Assembly (NCBI GenBank): GCA_038826135.1
Contig: JAWBON010000001.1
Coordinates: 1-54,811, forward strand
Reading direction: 5' to 3'
DNA length: 54,811 nucleotides
Origin: Candidatus Odinarchaeota archaeon
GTDB lineage: Archaea; Asgardarchaeota; Odinarchaeia; Odinarchaeales; Odinarchaeaceae
Part shown: positions 38,382 through 46,600 of the stretch, piece after piece
Position numbering within the stretch: position 1 is the stretch's first letter
How the letters are laid out: each line of letters starts with the position of its first letter
The notes under the pieces: generated by a model
Databases searched by the model: none
What the model was told of the DNA's origin: nothing
The model's input: the letters and a program-made list of their open reading frames with translations, nothing else
Position numbers and translations under genes: made by a program

Positions 38382-38464
38382 GGAGGACGGGATTGAAAGG
38401 TAGCTTCTAGCCTAGATAATAAAGTAATTCCCCTTATCCAGGGGATTGACAAAGCTAGTCCTCC
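38382..38464. other. 83-nt GC-enriched element closed by a 7-bp stem (GGAGGAC...GTCCTCC) with an internal hairpin CCCCT-TATCC-AGGGG; possible terminator or small RNA upstream of ilvB
   Basis: Outer arms at 38382-38388 and 38458-38464. Inner hairpin at 38430-38434 and 38440-38444. An additional TAGC/GCTA pairing is possible. It lies in the 203-nt gap between two minus-strand genes. Confidence 0.2.
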
Positions 38465-38515
38465 TTAACATCTCCACCACTATCACGCTCTCTTAAAAAT
38501 AATGTATTTCTGTAT

Positions 38516-39223
38516 TTAACTTTTTCGTAGTCTTTTATGTCTAATCGTTTTCTTAACTTTTTTTACGGGTTCTCTATCTGTTTTATCAACGGTTTTCGAG
38601 GCTGCTAAAAACCAGTATGCTTGGAATATTAAAGCTGCGATCATAATTATAATTCCGGCTGTTAAATAAATCATATATCCCGCCATAGAGGCTAGCATAA
38701 GAATAGCGGTTATCGTTAAAACTTGTTTAAGTTGAAGATAACCTGTGAACTCTTTTACAGCTATGTAAAGCATTAGAATCCATACAACCAGATATATGAT
38801 TAGAGGTGCTAGTGTAAAAGATGAAAGAATGTTAATCAAGTACACTATGTTTGAAACTGTTTCAGACTCGCCTATAATATTGGACGCTAAAACCACCAGT
38901 AGGCTAGCTCTGCTTATTTGGAGGGCTGTGTTTATGAGAACATACCATAAATACCCTTTCAGGAAGATTCGGGTTTTACCTGTGTTTTTGAAAATATACT
39001 CGTTCGGTGTTAGAATCTTATAGCTGAAATATATTATAAAAAGCAGTAGCGCCTCTGTCAAAATGATTATTAATAAAATAATGGTTGTAAGAAGTGTGCT
39101 GGGAGGGTAAAATAATATTACAAGATGTGTAATATATATTAAGGCAACTACTAGACTGGAGAAAAATCCTCTAAGCGTTTTTTTAACGTTTTCACTAAGC
39201 TCGTCTTTTAGCAAAATCCCCAC
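38516..39223 (-). CDS. membrane protein (about 6 TM) with basic C-terminal tail
   Basis: 235-aa hydrophobic ORF ending KKVKKTIRHKRLRKS. No family recognised. Confidence 0.5.
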   Translation of the reverse strand: MGILLKDELSENVKKTLRGFFSSLVVALIYITHLVILFYPPSTLLTTIILLIIILTEALLLFIIYFSYKILTPNEYIFKNTGKTRIFLKGYLWYVLINTALQISRASLLVVLASNIIGESETVSNIVYLINILSSFTLAPLIIYLVVWILMLYIAVKEFTGYLQLKQVLTITAILMLASMAGYMIYLTAGIIIMIAALIFQAYWFLAASKTVDKTDREPVKKVKKTIRHKRLRKS

Positions 39224-39327
39224 TTAAAATATGTTTATTTGAATTTAATACTTACTAAGCGTTAACCATCTATATTATTAATTATAAAAATAATAACTGT
39301 TTTTATATATCTCCGCGCTTTAATGGG

Positions 39328-39537
39328 TTAAATTTTTAATTTGTTATCGTCTCCGCCGTTGAATTTATTGTTAACTGTTAACTCTAACACGATATTATCT
39401 ATTTCCCGGTCGAATTTCACAATCGGGCATAGGACGAAAACACATAATCCGTTTTCTTTAAGTTTACAGTTTTCCTCGCACCTGTTTCTGCACACTGATT
39501 TGAAATTAAGCCATTCTTCGAAGTCTCTTATATCCAA
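39328..39537 (-). CDS. small Cys-rich hypothetical protein
   Basis: 69 aa. TTG start 7 nt downstream of GGAGG. Cys pattern is CRNRCEENC-x7-C-x5-C. Confidence 0.35.
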   Translation of the reverse strand: MDIRDFEEWLNFKSVCRNRCEENCKLKENGLCVFVLCPIVKFDREIDNIVLELTVNNKFNGGDDNKLKI

Positions 39538-39688
39538 TTTTCATCCTCCGCCCTTTTTAAGAACAACAAAAAGATTAGTTAACCTTCTTTTATTTAAGGG
39601 TTTGTTTAATAAGCGTAAAATATTATAGCAATCTGCTTATTAAGGAAGGATGAATAAATAATTATAGGCTTGTTAATGGTGTTTAAAT

Positions 39689-40264
39689 ATGGGTGGTAAG
39701 GAACCGTTAATCAGCTTTGAAGCTCTTCTATCAGATATACTTAAAGGTGTGGCTGGTATTCAAAAAATGGTTGAGGAGCTTAACCGGAATTTAATTTCCT
39801 CACAGGAAGCTCAGAAAGAATCTATTATAAGTAGATTAGAACAGATGGAAACTTATTTCCACTCTATGAAGGAGACAACTGAGCTTTTAAACGAGTTGTT
39901 AGCAGAGTTAAGGATTTTGGTACCAACCCTGCATATAAATAAATTAATTGAAGAGGTTAAATCCGCTGGGTTCCAGGTTAAAAAAGAAGCTTCCACGGTG
40001 TCGGAGAAGTTTAGAGACTTCAGAGATGAGGCGGCTTATAATATTCAAACTAGAACCTCTCAGAAACAGGTTACAGCACCCGTTGAGGCTGAACCACCAT
40101 TCTCCCCGACTCCAGCTTTGGAACCAGGCGTGCAGGAGGCGGCTTCTGAGAAGAAGGAGCCTGATGTGGTTTACAGCTCCAAGGTCCCATCCTATGTGAA
40201 GGAGAAGAAGAAGCCTAAATCAATATGGGCGGGGATTAGAGATGAAGAGGAGCAGGTTCAATGA
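39689..40264 (+). CDS. hypothetical helical protein with Pro/Glu/Lys-rich tail
   Basis: 191 aa. The N-terminal ~100 aa are helical; LHINKLIEEVKSAG resembles FDVNKLEDILQKAQ in the 40698..41096 product. Confidence 0.5.
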   Translation: MGGKEPLISFEALLSDILKGVAGIQKMVEELNRNLISSQEAQKESIISRLEQMETYFHSMKETTELLNELLAELRILVPTLHINKLIEEVKSAGFQVKKEASTVSEKFRDFRDEAAYNIQTRTSQKQVTAPVEAEPPFSPTPALEPGVQEAASEKKEPDVVYSSKVPSYVKEKKKPKSIWAGIRDEEEQVQ

Positions 40265-40279
40265 ATTTGATTAATATTT

Positions 40280-40555
40280 TTATATTTTTCTCTCAAGTAA
40301 ATCTGTTAACAATCTGCTCATGCTGCTTAACTCTACAAGCCAAGCTATTGTTTTAAGCTCTTTGTAAAGTTTTCTGATCACCATGACCATTGCTTTATTG
40401 TCTTGTGAGAGTATCTTGTTTAAAACGTTTCGAAACTCTTCTATTGAATGCTGTTCTGTCGCTGTTAATTTGTTAATAAGATTTTTTCTAAACTCTTCGC
40501 TGCTCTGCTCTATGCTAGATAATTTAGCCGTCATCTCCATTGATTTACTTTTCAA
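40280..40555 (-). CDS. hypothetical helical protein; reading frame stays open and coding-like up to 40702, so the true start is probably upstream (candidate ATT at 40681)
   Basis: The track ORF starts at TTG 40555. The 49 codons upstream in the same frame have no stop and no ATG/GTG/TTG, and read ...VDITSPQETVKFITQALSDIYNKIDQLATGLKSLSDSVGELTAE. AGGAGG sits at 40690-40695. Confidence 0.5.
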   Translation of the reverse strand: MKSKSMEMTAKLSSIEQSSEEFRKNLINKLTATEQHSIEEFRNVLNKILSQDNKAMVMVIRKLYKELKTIAWLVELSSMSRLLTDLLERKI

Positions 40556-40697
40556 CTCGGCTGTTAACTCCCCTACAGAGTCGCTTAGAGATTTTAAACC
40601 TGTGGCTAACTGGTCTATTTTATTATATATGTCCGATAAAGCTTGGGTTATGAATTTAACTGTTTCCTGAGGGCTTGTAATATCAACCCCTCCTACT

Positions 40698-41096
40698 CTA
40701 TTTTAATTTGTTAAGAGCTGTTTTAAGCTCGTTAAGTACGTTTGCGATATTTGTTTTCTTAAGCTCTTCACCTAAGGTTTCAGTCACCTTTTGCGCTTTC
40801 TGTAATATATCTTCAAGTTTATTTACATCAAAAATTGTTTTAATACCTGTTATGCTCTCCATCAGATTTCTAATAAGGAAATCTGTTTGCTGTTCGAACC
40901 TGGTCTGCATCTGCGCAGTCTTATCGGCGAGTTTATCTATTGAAAGCTGCATTTCAGCCATGCTTTTCTCGAATACAGGTATCAAACTGTTTTTAATATT
41001 GTTAGCAGCCTCTCCGAGTTTTATGTTAACTTCTTCAAGCTTGCTAATCAAAGAGTTAAATTTACTCCATATCGCTTGATCTTCACTGTCAACCAT
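40698..41096 (-). CDS. hypothetical helical (coiled-coil-like) protein
   Basis: 132-aa ORF with an ATG start. Heptad-like composition. No family recognised. Confidence 0.55.
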   Translation of the reverse strand: MVDSEDQAIWSKFNSLISKLEEVNIKLGEAANNIKNSLIPVFEKSMAEMQLSIDKLADKTAQMQTRFEQQTDFLIRNLMESITGIKTIFDVNKLEDILQKAQKVTETLGEELKKTNIANVLNELKTALNKLK

Positions 41097-41262
41097 AAAG
41101 GTCGCCTAGGTGGAATCCTTTTTAGAATAGTTTTCTCACAGGGATCTTTCCCGTTAACATATATGGTGTTAATATATAAAAAATAGGCGGATGGCTACAG
41201 GTGATTTCGTAAAATTTCTAGCGCTAGCTTCTAGTATAAAAGAAAGGTTAACTTTAGAGTGT

Positions 41263-41499
41263 TTATTTAAGTCTTTTTATAAGATACACCCAGTAGCCTT
41301 CTTTCTCCTCGACTTTAAGTAACTGGTTTCCTGTTCTCTCAGCCCATCTTGGAAAATCCTCTTTCGAACCCGGATCTGTTGACCATACTTCTAGGGTTTC
41401 ACCTACATTTATGCTCTGTATCTCTTTTTTAGTTTTTAAAATTGGTAGTGGGCATTGATCACCGCGGCAGTCTAGTTTTTTAACAGGTTTTTCACTCAT
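41263..41499 (-). CDS. tusA: TusA/SirA-family sulfur carrier
   Basis: 78 aa. LDCRGDQCPLPILKTKKEI contains the conserved Cys-Pro persulfide motif. Confidence 0.85.
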   Translation of the reverse strand: MSEKPVKKLDCRGDQCPLPILKTKKEIQSINVGETLEVWSTDPGSKEDFPRWAERTGNQLLKVEEKEGYWVYLIKRLK

Positions 41500-41538
41500 T
41501 GGAATTCATCTCCAAATAATTGTTATGTCACACCACGT

Positions 41539-41994
41539 TTATATGAATAATGTGATATCCGCGTCAGCTGCCATGTCTATGAACGCTGCTGCTCCTAGAA
41601 CTTTTTCAACCTCTGGAATAAGATCTTCTTTTTTAAGCCCCATAAGCTCCATTGTAGCTGAGCACGCGTATATGTGCGTGTTTCCTAACTCGACTGTTTG
41701 CTTAACAAGGTCTTTCAGATCAGGGAATCCGGCTTTCTTCATTTTACTCTTCATCATACCTGTACCTATACGCATGACTCCTGGTAGTTTAGCTGACTCT
41801 AATCCGCCTTTTTTAAGCAGATTTAGCCCCCAGAAAGTGAAGAATAAGTGTGTTTCAATATCTGATGCGCCGGCTGCTGCTGCTAATATGAATGGTGGAT
41901 AAGCTTTATCTAATGTACCGCTGTGGACGATTATACACATTTTCTTGTTTTTTTCAGTTTTATTCATCTTGGTTTTCCCGCTCACGTTTACCAC
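41539..41994 (-). CDS. DsrE2/DsrE3-like (COG2210-type) sulfur-relay protein
   Basis: 151 aa. Has CIIVHSGTLDKAYPPFILAAAAGA, FFTFWGL and the conserved Cys in IYACSATMELMG. The real start is probably an internal ATG (MNKTEK... or MCIIV...). Confidence 0.7.
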   Translation of the reverse strand: MVNVSGKTKMNKTEKNKKMCIIVHSGTLDKAYPPFILAAAAGASDIETHLFFTFWGLNLLKKGGLESAKLPGVMRIGTGMMKSKMKKAGFPDLKDLVKQTVELGNTHIYACSATMELMGLKKEDLIPEVEKVLGAAAFIDMAADADITLFI

Positions 41995-42109
41995 CTTTTA
42001 AAATATTATTTTAATTTACATATTTATTCGTAAAGTTTTTAAATATTTCTGCTATAATTTAAATAATTTTAAAATAATAGGTTCTTAACCGAAAAATTTT
42101 TAACGGTGT

Positions 42110-42478
42110 ATGAAAATGGCGAAAATAGGTTTTCTTTTAATGACCGCCCCGTACACTCTTCAAAACTCTGACACTCTTCTAAAACTAGTTGAAACATTAT
42201 TAAGCGAAGGCCACACGATAACGGGCATATACCTTTACGTGGATGGTGTTTACAACGCTAACAGAAAGATTGATCCCAAATCCCCTGAGGAGAGAAATAT
42301 CCCCCAACTATTTCAAAAACTAGCCGCTACCGGTGTTCCGGTGAAAGTGTGCCCTGTCTGCGCAAACTACAGAGGCATCGGCGAGGAGGACCTGATAGCT
42401 GGAGCTGAATTTGACGGTTTAGGCGGTTTAGCTGAAATATTCGAGGAATCTGATAAGATAATAACGTTCACTGGATAG
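42110..42478 (+). CDS. dsrE: DsrE/TusD-family sulfurtransferase subunit
   Basis: 122 aa. The order matches E. coli TusD as I remember it: GHTITGIYLYVDGVYNAN, the active-site-region Cys in VKVCPVCANYRGI, and GLGGLAEI. Confidence 0.85.
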   Translation: MKMAKIGFLLMTAPYTLQNSDTLLKLVETLLSEGHTITGIYLYVDGVYNANRKIDPKSPEERNIPQLFQKLAATGVPVKVCPVCANYRGIGEEDLIAGAEFDGLGGLAEIFEESDKIITFTG

Positions 42479-42485
42479 TGGTAAT

Positions 42486-42845
42486 ATGGATTCAGCTATA
42501 ATAGTGTTCAGTAAAAGCCCCTACGGTCATATTAATATTATCGAGGGTGCTAGAGTCGCTCAAGGCCTACTTGTATTAGATAAAAATGTGGCGTGCGTGT
42601 TTACAGATGATGGTGTGATAAGCTTACTAAAAAACCAGGAACCATCAGCGATAGGTGTGAACCCTGTTAAAATAGTGTTAACGTACTTGGTGAACTTGGG
42701 GGTTGAATTCTACGCGCTGAAACACTCACTAGATGAAAGAGGATTAAGTAAATCAATGTTAGAGGACCAGTATAATGTTAAAATAATAAATTTAGATGAA
42801 TTCACAGTTATCCAGGATAAATTTGATACCGTGATATTCTTTTAG
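42486..42845 (+). CDS. dsrF: DsrF/TusC-family subunit
   Basis: 119 aa. Has IIVFSKSPYGHINIIEGARVA and VFTDDGV. It is second in a DsrE-F-H-sized gene triplet. Confidence 0.75.
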   Translation: MDSAIIVFSKSPYGHINIIEGARVAQGLLVLDKNVACVFTDDGVISLLKNQEPSAIGVNPVKIVLTYLVNLGVEFYALKHSLDERGLSKSMLEDQYNVKIINLDEFTVIQDKFDTVIFF

Positions 42846-42856
42846 GAGAGACCGTT

Positions 42857-43183
42857 ATGAAGTCAACACTATATCTCTGTAATAAATCCCCTTATAATGT
42901 GAAAGGGTTTGAAACTCTTTTAAAAATGGTGAACGCTCAAGCAAACCGTGGGGTTAAAACCGGGCTAGCGCTTTTACAAGACGCTGTGGCCTGCATCACA
43001 GGGGAAGCTTCTAAAAAACTTAATGAGCTTTCAAAATCAGTGAAAATATATATTTTATTAGAGGATGTTAAGGCTAGGGGATTAGCGGATTTGAATTCAA
43101 TAAGCTCTCCAGTCCTTGTAACATACAAGGAACTGGTGAACATCATAGTGAAAGAGTATGATCGTATTGTAAACTATTTATAA
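42857..43183 (+). CDS. dsrH: DsrH/TusB-family subunit
   Basis: 108 aa. Has LYLCNKSPYN and LLQDAV. It is third in the triplet. Confidence 0.7.
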   Translation: MKSTLYLCNKSPYNVKGFETLLKMVNAQANRGVKTGLALLQDAVACITGEASKKLNELSKSVKIYILLEDVKARGLADLNSISSPVLVTYKELVNIIVKEYDRIVNYL

Positions 43184-43192
43184 AATGAGTAA

Positions 43193-43639
43193 GTGAGAAG
43201 ATTGAAGCTCGATGAAAGAGATCAAAAGATAATAGAGATCTTAAAGAATAATGCTAGAACACCAGTTAAAGAAATAGCTGGGAAACTAGGCTTATCAGTT
43301 TCAACTGTTAGTTTAAGAATTAAAAACCTGGTTAAAAAAAATATTATAAAAGGGTTTAAAACTGTGATAAACCAGGCGCTTATAGAGGATGCCTGTCAGC
43401 TAGTTTTAGAGATCGCTGCGGATAAAGCTGAGAACATTAATGAACTGGGTAAAGCGTTAAGCGCTAAAGAGAATATCTGCCTTGTTTTAAACATCACAGG
43501 GGAGTATGACTTTCTCGTCTTCAGCAAGTGTAAAGATTCGCTTGAAGGAGCCGCCTTCTTAAACGAGCTTAGGAAATTGAAAGGTGTTTCTAAAATCAAA
43601 TCCCACTATGTTCTGCAGAAGTTGAAAGTCGAGTTTTAA
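43193..43639 (+). CDS. Lrp/AsnC-family transcription regulator
   Basis: 148 aa, GTG start. HTH segment is LDERDQKIIEILKNNARTPVKEIAGKLGLSVSTVSLRIKNLVKKNIIKGF, followed by a RAM/ACT-like C-terminal domain. Confidence 0.85.
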   Translation: MRRLKLDERDQKIIEILKNNARTPVKEIAGKLGLSVSTVSLRIKNLVKKNIIKGFKTVINQALIEDACQLVLEIAADKAENINELGKALSAKENICLVLNITGEYDFLVFSKCKDSLEGAAFLNELRKLKGVSKIKSHYVLQKLKVEF

Positions 43640-43696
43640 CTAAAAGTTTTTAAAAAACGTAGTGTAATCAGTTATACTAAGAGTTTTATACGAGGC

Positions 43697-46600
43697 GTGT
43701 TGATGGCGGCTTTAATCGCAGATGTTAAAGCTACTTTTTCGAAAGGTAATGAGAAATGGGTTTGGGAGAAAAAAACAGACGGCTGGGTTTTAGAAGGCAT
43801 ATATCTGGGTGGTAAAAAACTCGGATGGGAGAAAACCCCCGGTAACCTAATCGTCTACGAAAATAATTCAATAGTAAATTATAAACTTATCTTCGATCAA
43901 GTACAGGAAACCCCGGATGGGTTAGTATTCTCTGGTTCAAATGAATTATACGAGGTTAAAAAAATCTGGTTTTTCGGTGAAGATACACCTAAACTTGTAT
44001 TCGCGTTTAAAGCTAAGAAGCGTCTTGAAATAGATCTTTTAGAAGCTCCTGTTCTCATATACGCTCCTAAAAACCTCCTGTATTCCTTCATCGGCGGTTT
44101 AAGATACTCGAAGAACAGTTCATTCGATGTTGTAAACCGAGTATTCAATTTCCCCTATCCTTTTTCAACATATTATAAGGTGAAGATACCTCCCAGAGAG
44201 ATAAACGGCTCCTGGTATAGAAGCTTAATATATTGTAAAATGCCTTTAGCCCTATATAATTCACGCAAATACTATTTTGGATTAATATTTAACCCTGTGG
44301 AGAAAACCAGTTCGGGAAGAGAGCTACTACACTCCATAAGATTTGATGGAGCCGGGTTAAAAACAGAAAACACAGTGTCCCTATCCTACTGCACTCATAT
44401 GGTATATTCGAAGAGAAACATTTGGCTTGGACTGCCTTCTAAACCACGCCGTTTAAAAATCACGCTCAACCCTTTAGAAGAGGTTTACACAACTGTCAAC
44501 TTCATATACGGTCTCGGTAAATGGTATGAGGCTGTGGAAAAATTCTTTAAAGTAAATCCTTTAACGGAACCACACCTGACCGTTGACCCTAAAACCGTGG
44601 CTTCTAAAACTAAAAACGCTTTCTGGAGAGCTTGGGAGAGCAGGCTTAAAACATTTCTGCAATTACCTTTTAAGCGAAGCCCGGGATTCTTACTCGAAAA
44701 CCTTCTCTTCTCTCTCACATCATTCGACGCGGAGCGTCTCTCCAATTTCTACGACTATTATACTTTGACAGGTGACCGCGTATTCAAATACTGGGTTAAC
44801 TGTTTGAGAAGTAATCTTCTAAGCAGGCGTGTAATAGAAGTTAAAAACAACTATAAAATATGGCATAATGGAATAGCTTTTAACGGCGTGACCGGTGAAG
44901 GTTATACTTATCTCTGGACAGGTTACGCCGGTTACCCTGGCGGTCAAGCCACCATAGTCTTCCGCCTATTAGAATACTATTCTAAAAAGCTTCAAACAAG
45001 CGGTCTATCCGACCAGCGGGTTTTAAATAATGCATTAGACGGTTTAGACTGGATTCTCTCAACACAGAAGCGTAACGGCGCCTGGAGGAGTGCTTTAAAA
45101 ATATTTAGAGAATACCCGGCTAGGAGAATCGACTACTCTCTTCAGGAATCGGTTGGTGGAAGCGCTGAATGCATAAGAGCTTTAATATTAGCTTTTAAAC
45201 TGACAAGGGATAGAAAATACAGAGATGCTGCTGTGAACGGTTTAAAATGGCTTAACGGTAAAGGAGAGTCCGTTCTAGGATATAACTATCTACGCGACGC
45301 TGGTGTATACGAAGAGGAGGGGATCTCTGCAATAGTGGCTGCTCAAGCTAATCTAGACGCTTATGAAGCTTTTCAAGACGACATATACTATAAATACTCG
45401 CTGATATGGGGTAAATATCTTTTAACATGGCATTATCTATGGGAGTCTGAAAGGTTAAAGATCAGGTTCGGCTTCGACCCATTATCGTGGTCAATAACAC
45501 CTAGAGTAGCCCCATACGAGACCGCTATGGTCTTATCAGTATACTCTAGATTATACAAGCTCACTGGGGATGATTTCTGGAAGAAAATATTTATTCAAAC
45601 ATACAATAAGCTTTCAGAATTCCAGGAGTCTGACGGCGGCTTAAGTGAAACATACTTTTTCAACTATCTAAAAGGATTAGCGGAAATCCCTGTTCAACAA
45701 ACATTCGCCGCTAACGAATTACTAAAAGCGTCAATACAGTACATGAACCTTGACAGTGTTATAAAATTTAATGTTGAAGGGGATAAGATAATAATAATTG
45801 AGAGAAACAATCTTCTTAAAGAAATAATTCGAACAGGTAACATTCTCCAGGTAAAATTATCAAACAACTCTGATCACATAAGTCAACCGTTTAAACTCGT
45901 ATCCAACATCCTAGATAAGAGCACAGTGTTCATCGCAGATAAAGAGGTCGCTTCCAGAAGAGGGTGTGAAGTCTACGGGCTTATGGTTAACGCTAAATCC
46001 GATACTCAGATCACTATTAAAATGGAACCCTCTAAATCACCGTCACTAACCATGTATGGTGTAGAAGATTATTCAGCCGCTTATGATAGTAAGACTGGTT
46101 TATTAAAATTGGAATACACTGGTGGACAACCGCGATTAAATCTTATAAAAACCAGCCCGGGAAAAATATTTTTAACACTTGACCGTGATAAAGCAACTCT
46201 TATAGAGCTCCCCGGTGAAAAATTGAAAACTGTTAAAGTAAATCTCCCGCCAGGGCATCACACAGCTGAATTAAGTTTTTCAGATAAAACTGAGCTGAGA
46301 GACTGGGCTGATACCGATTCAAGTATTAGAATACCTTTGTTAATATACCCTAAATTAATATCGAATAAAAGTGAAAGCCTGGTAAGGCTTAAAGCTGATA
46401 AAATTATACAGAGTGCTCCATTCCAGATTAAAAAATCGCTTATAAAATTTCTAAGAGGGAAAGAAGAGATCCCGTTCTATATTCCAGGTAAATCAGAAAT
46501 ACTTGAAAGCCAGGATGAGATTATATTAAAACTTAGATTAGATAAACCCGCTGTAAAAATTCACATGTATTACGGGTCTCAGAGCAGGTTTAAGCCTGAA

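Noticed and set aside
38401-38410. A shared 10-mer, TAGCTTCTAG, here and at 41225-41234. Both copies are in gaps between minus-strand genes, and the second lies next to the perfect palindrome CTAGCGCTAG at 41218-41227.
   Set aside because: A single 10-mer coincidence is plausible by chance in a window of about 55 kb read on both strands. The flanks do not align, and I could not search exhaustively for further copies.
38389-38453. CRISPR-repeat-like ends: GGGATTGAAAG and GGGATTGACAAAG, 53 nt apart. A similar GGATTGAAAC occurs at 6191.
   Set aside because: The sequences preceding the two copies are unrelated. The spacing is too short for repeat plus spacer. There are only two copies and no cas genes. 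The 6191 copy lies inside the nuoJ coding overlap.
38382-38464. Possible tRNA: a 7-bp acceptor-like stem GGAGGAC/GTCCTCC spanning 83 nt.
   Set aside because: No U8/A9, no pairable D-stem, no GTTCRANYC T-loop, and the 3' flank is TTAACA. It does not fold as a cloverleaf.
39341-39628. A plus-strand 95-aa ORF overlapping the 69-aa Cys-rich ORF.
   Set aside because: The translation is low-complexity (SLS, LLL, HPPPF runs) with no SD. The minus-strand ORF has GGAGG at ideal spacing from its TTG start.
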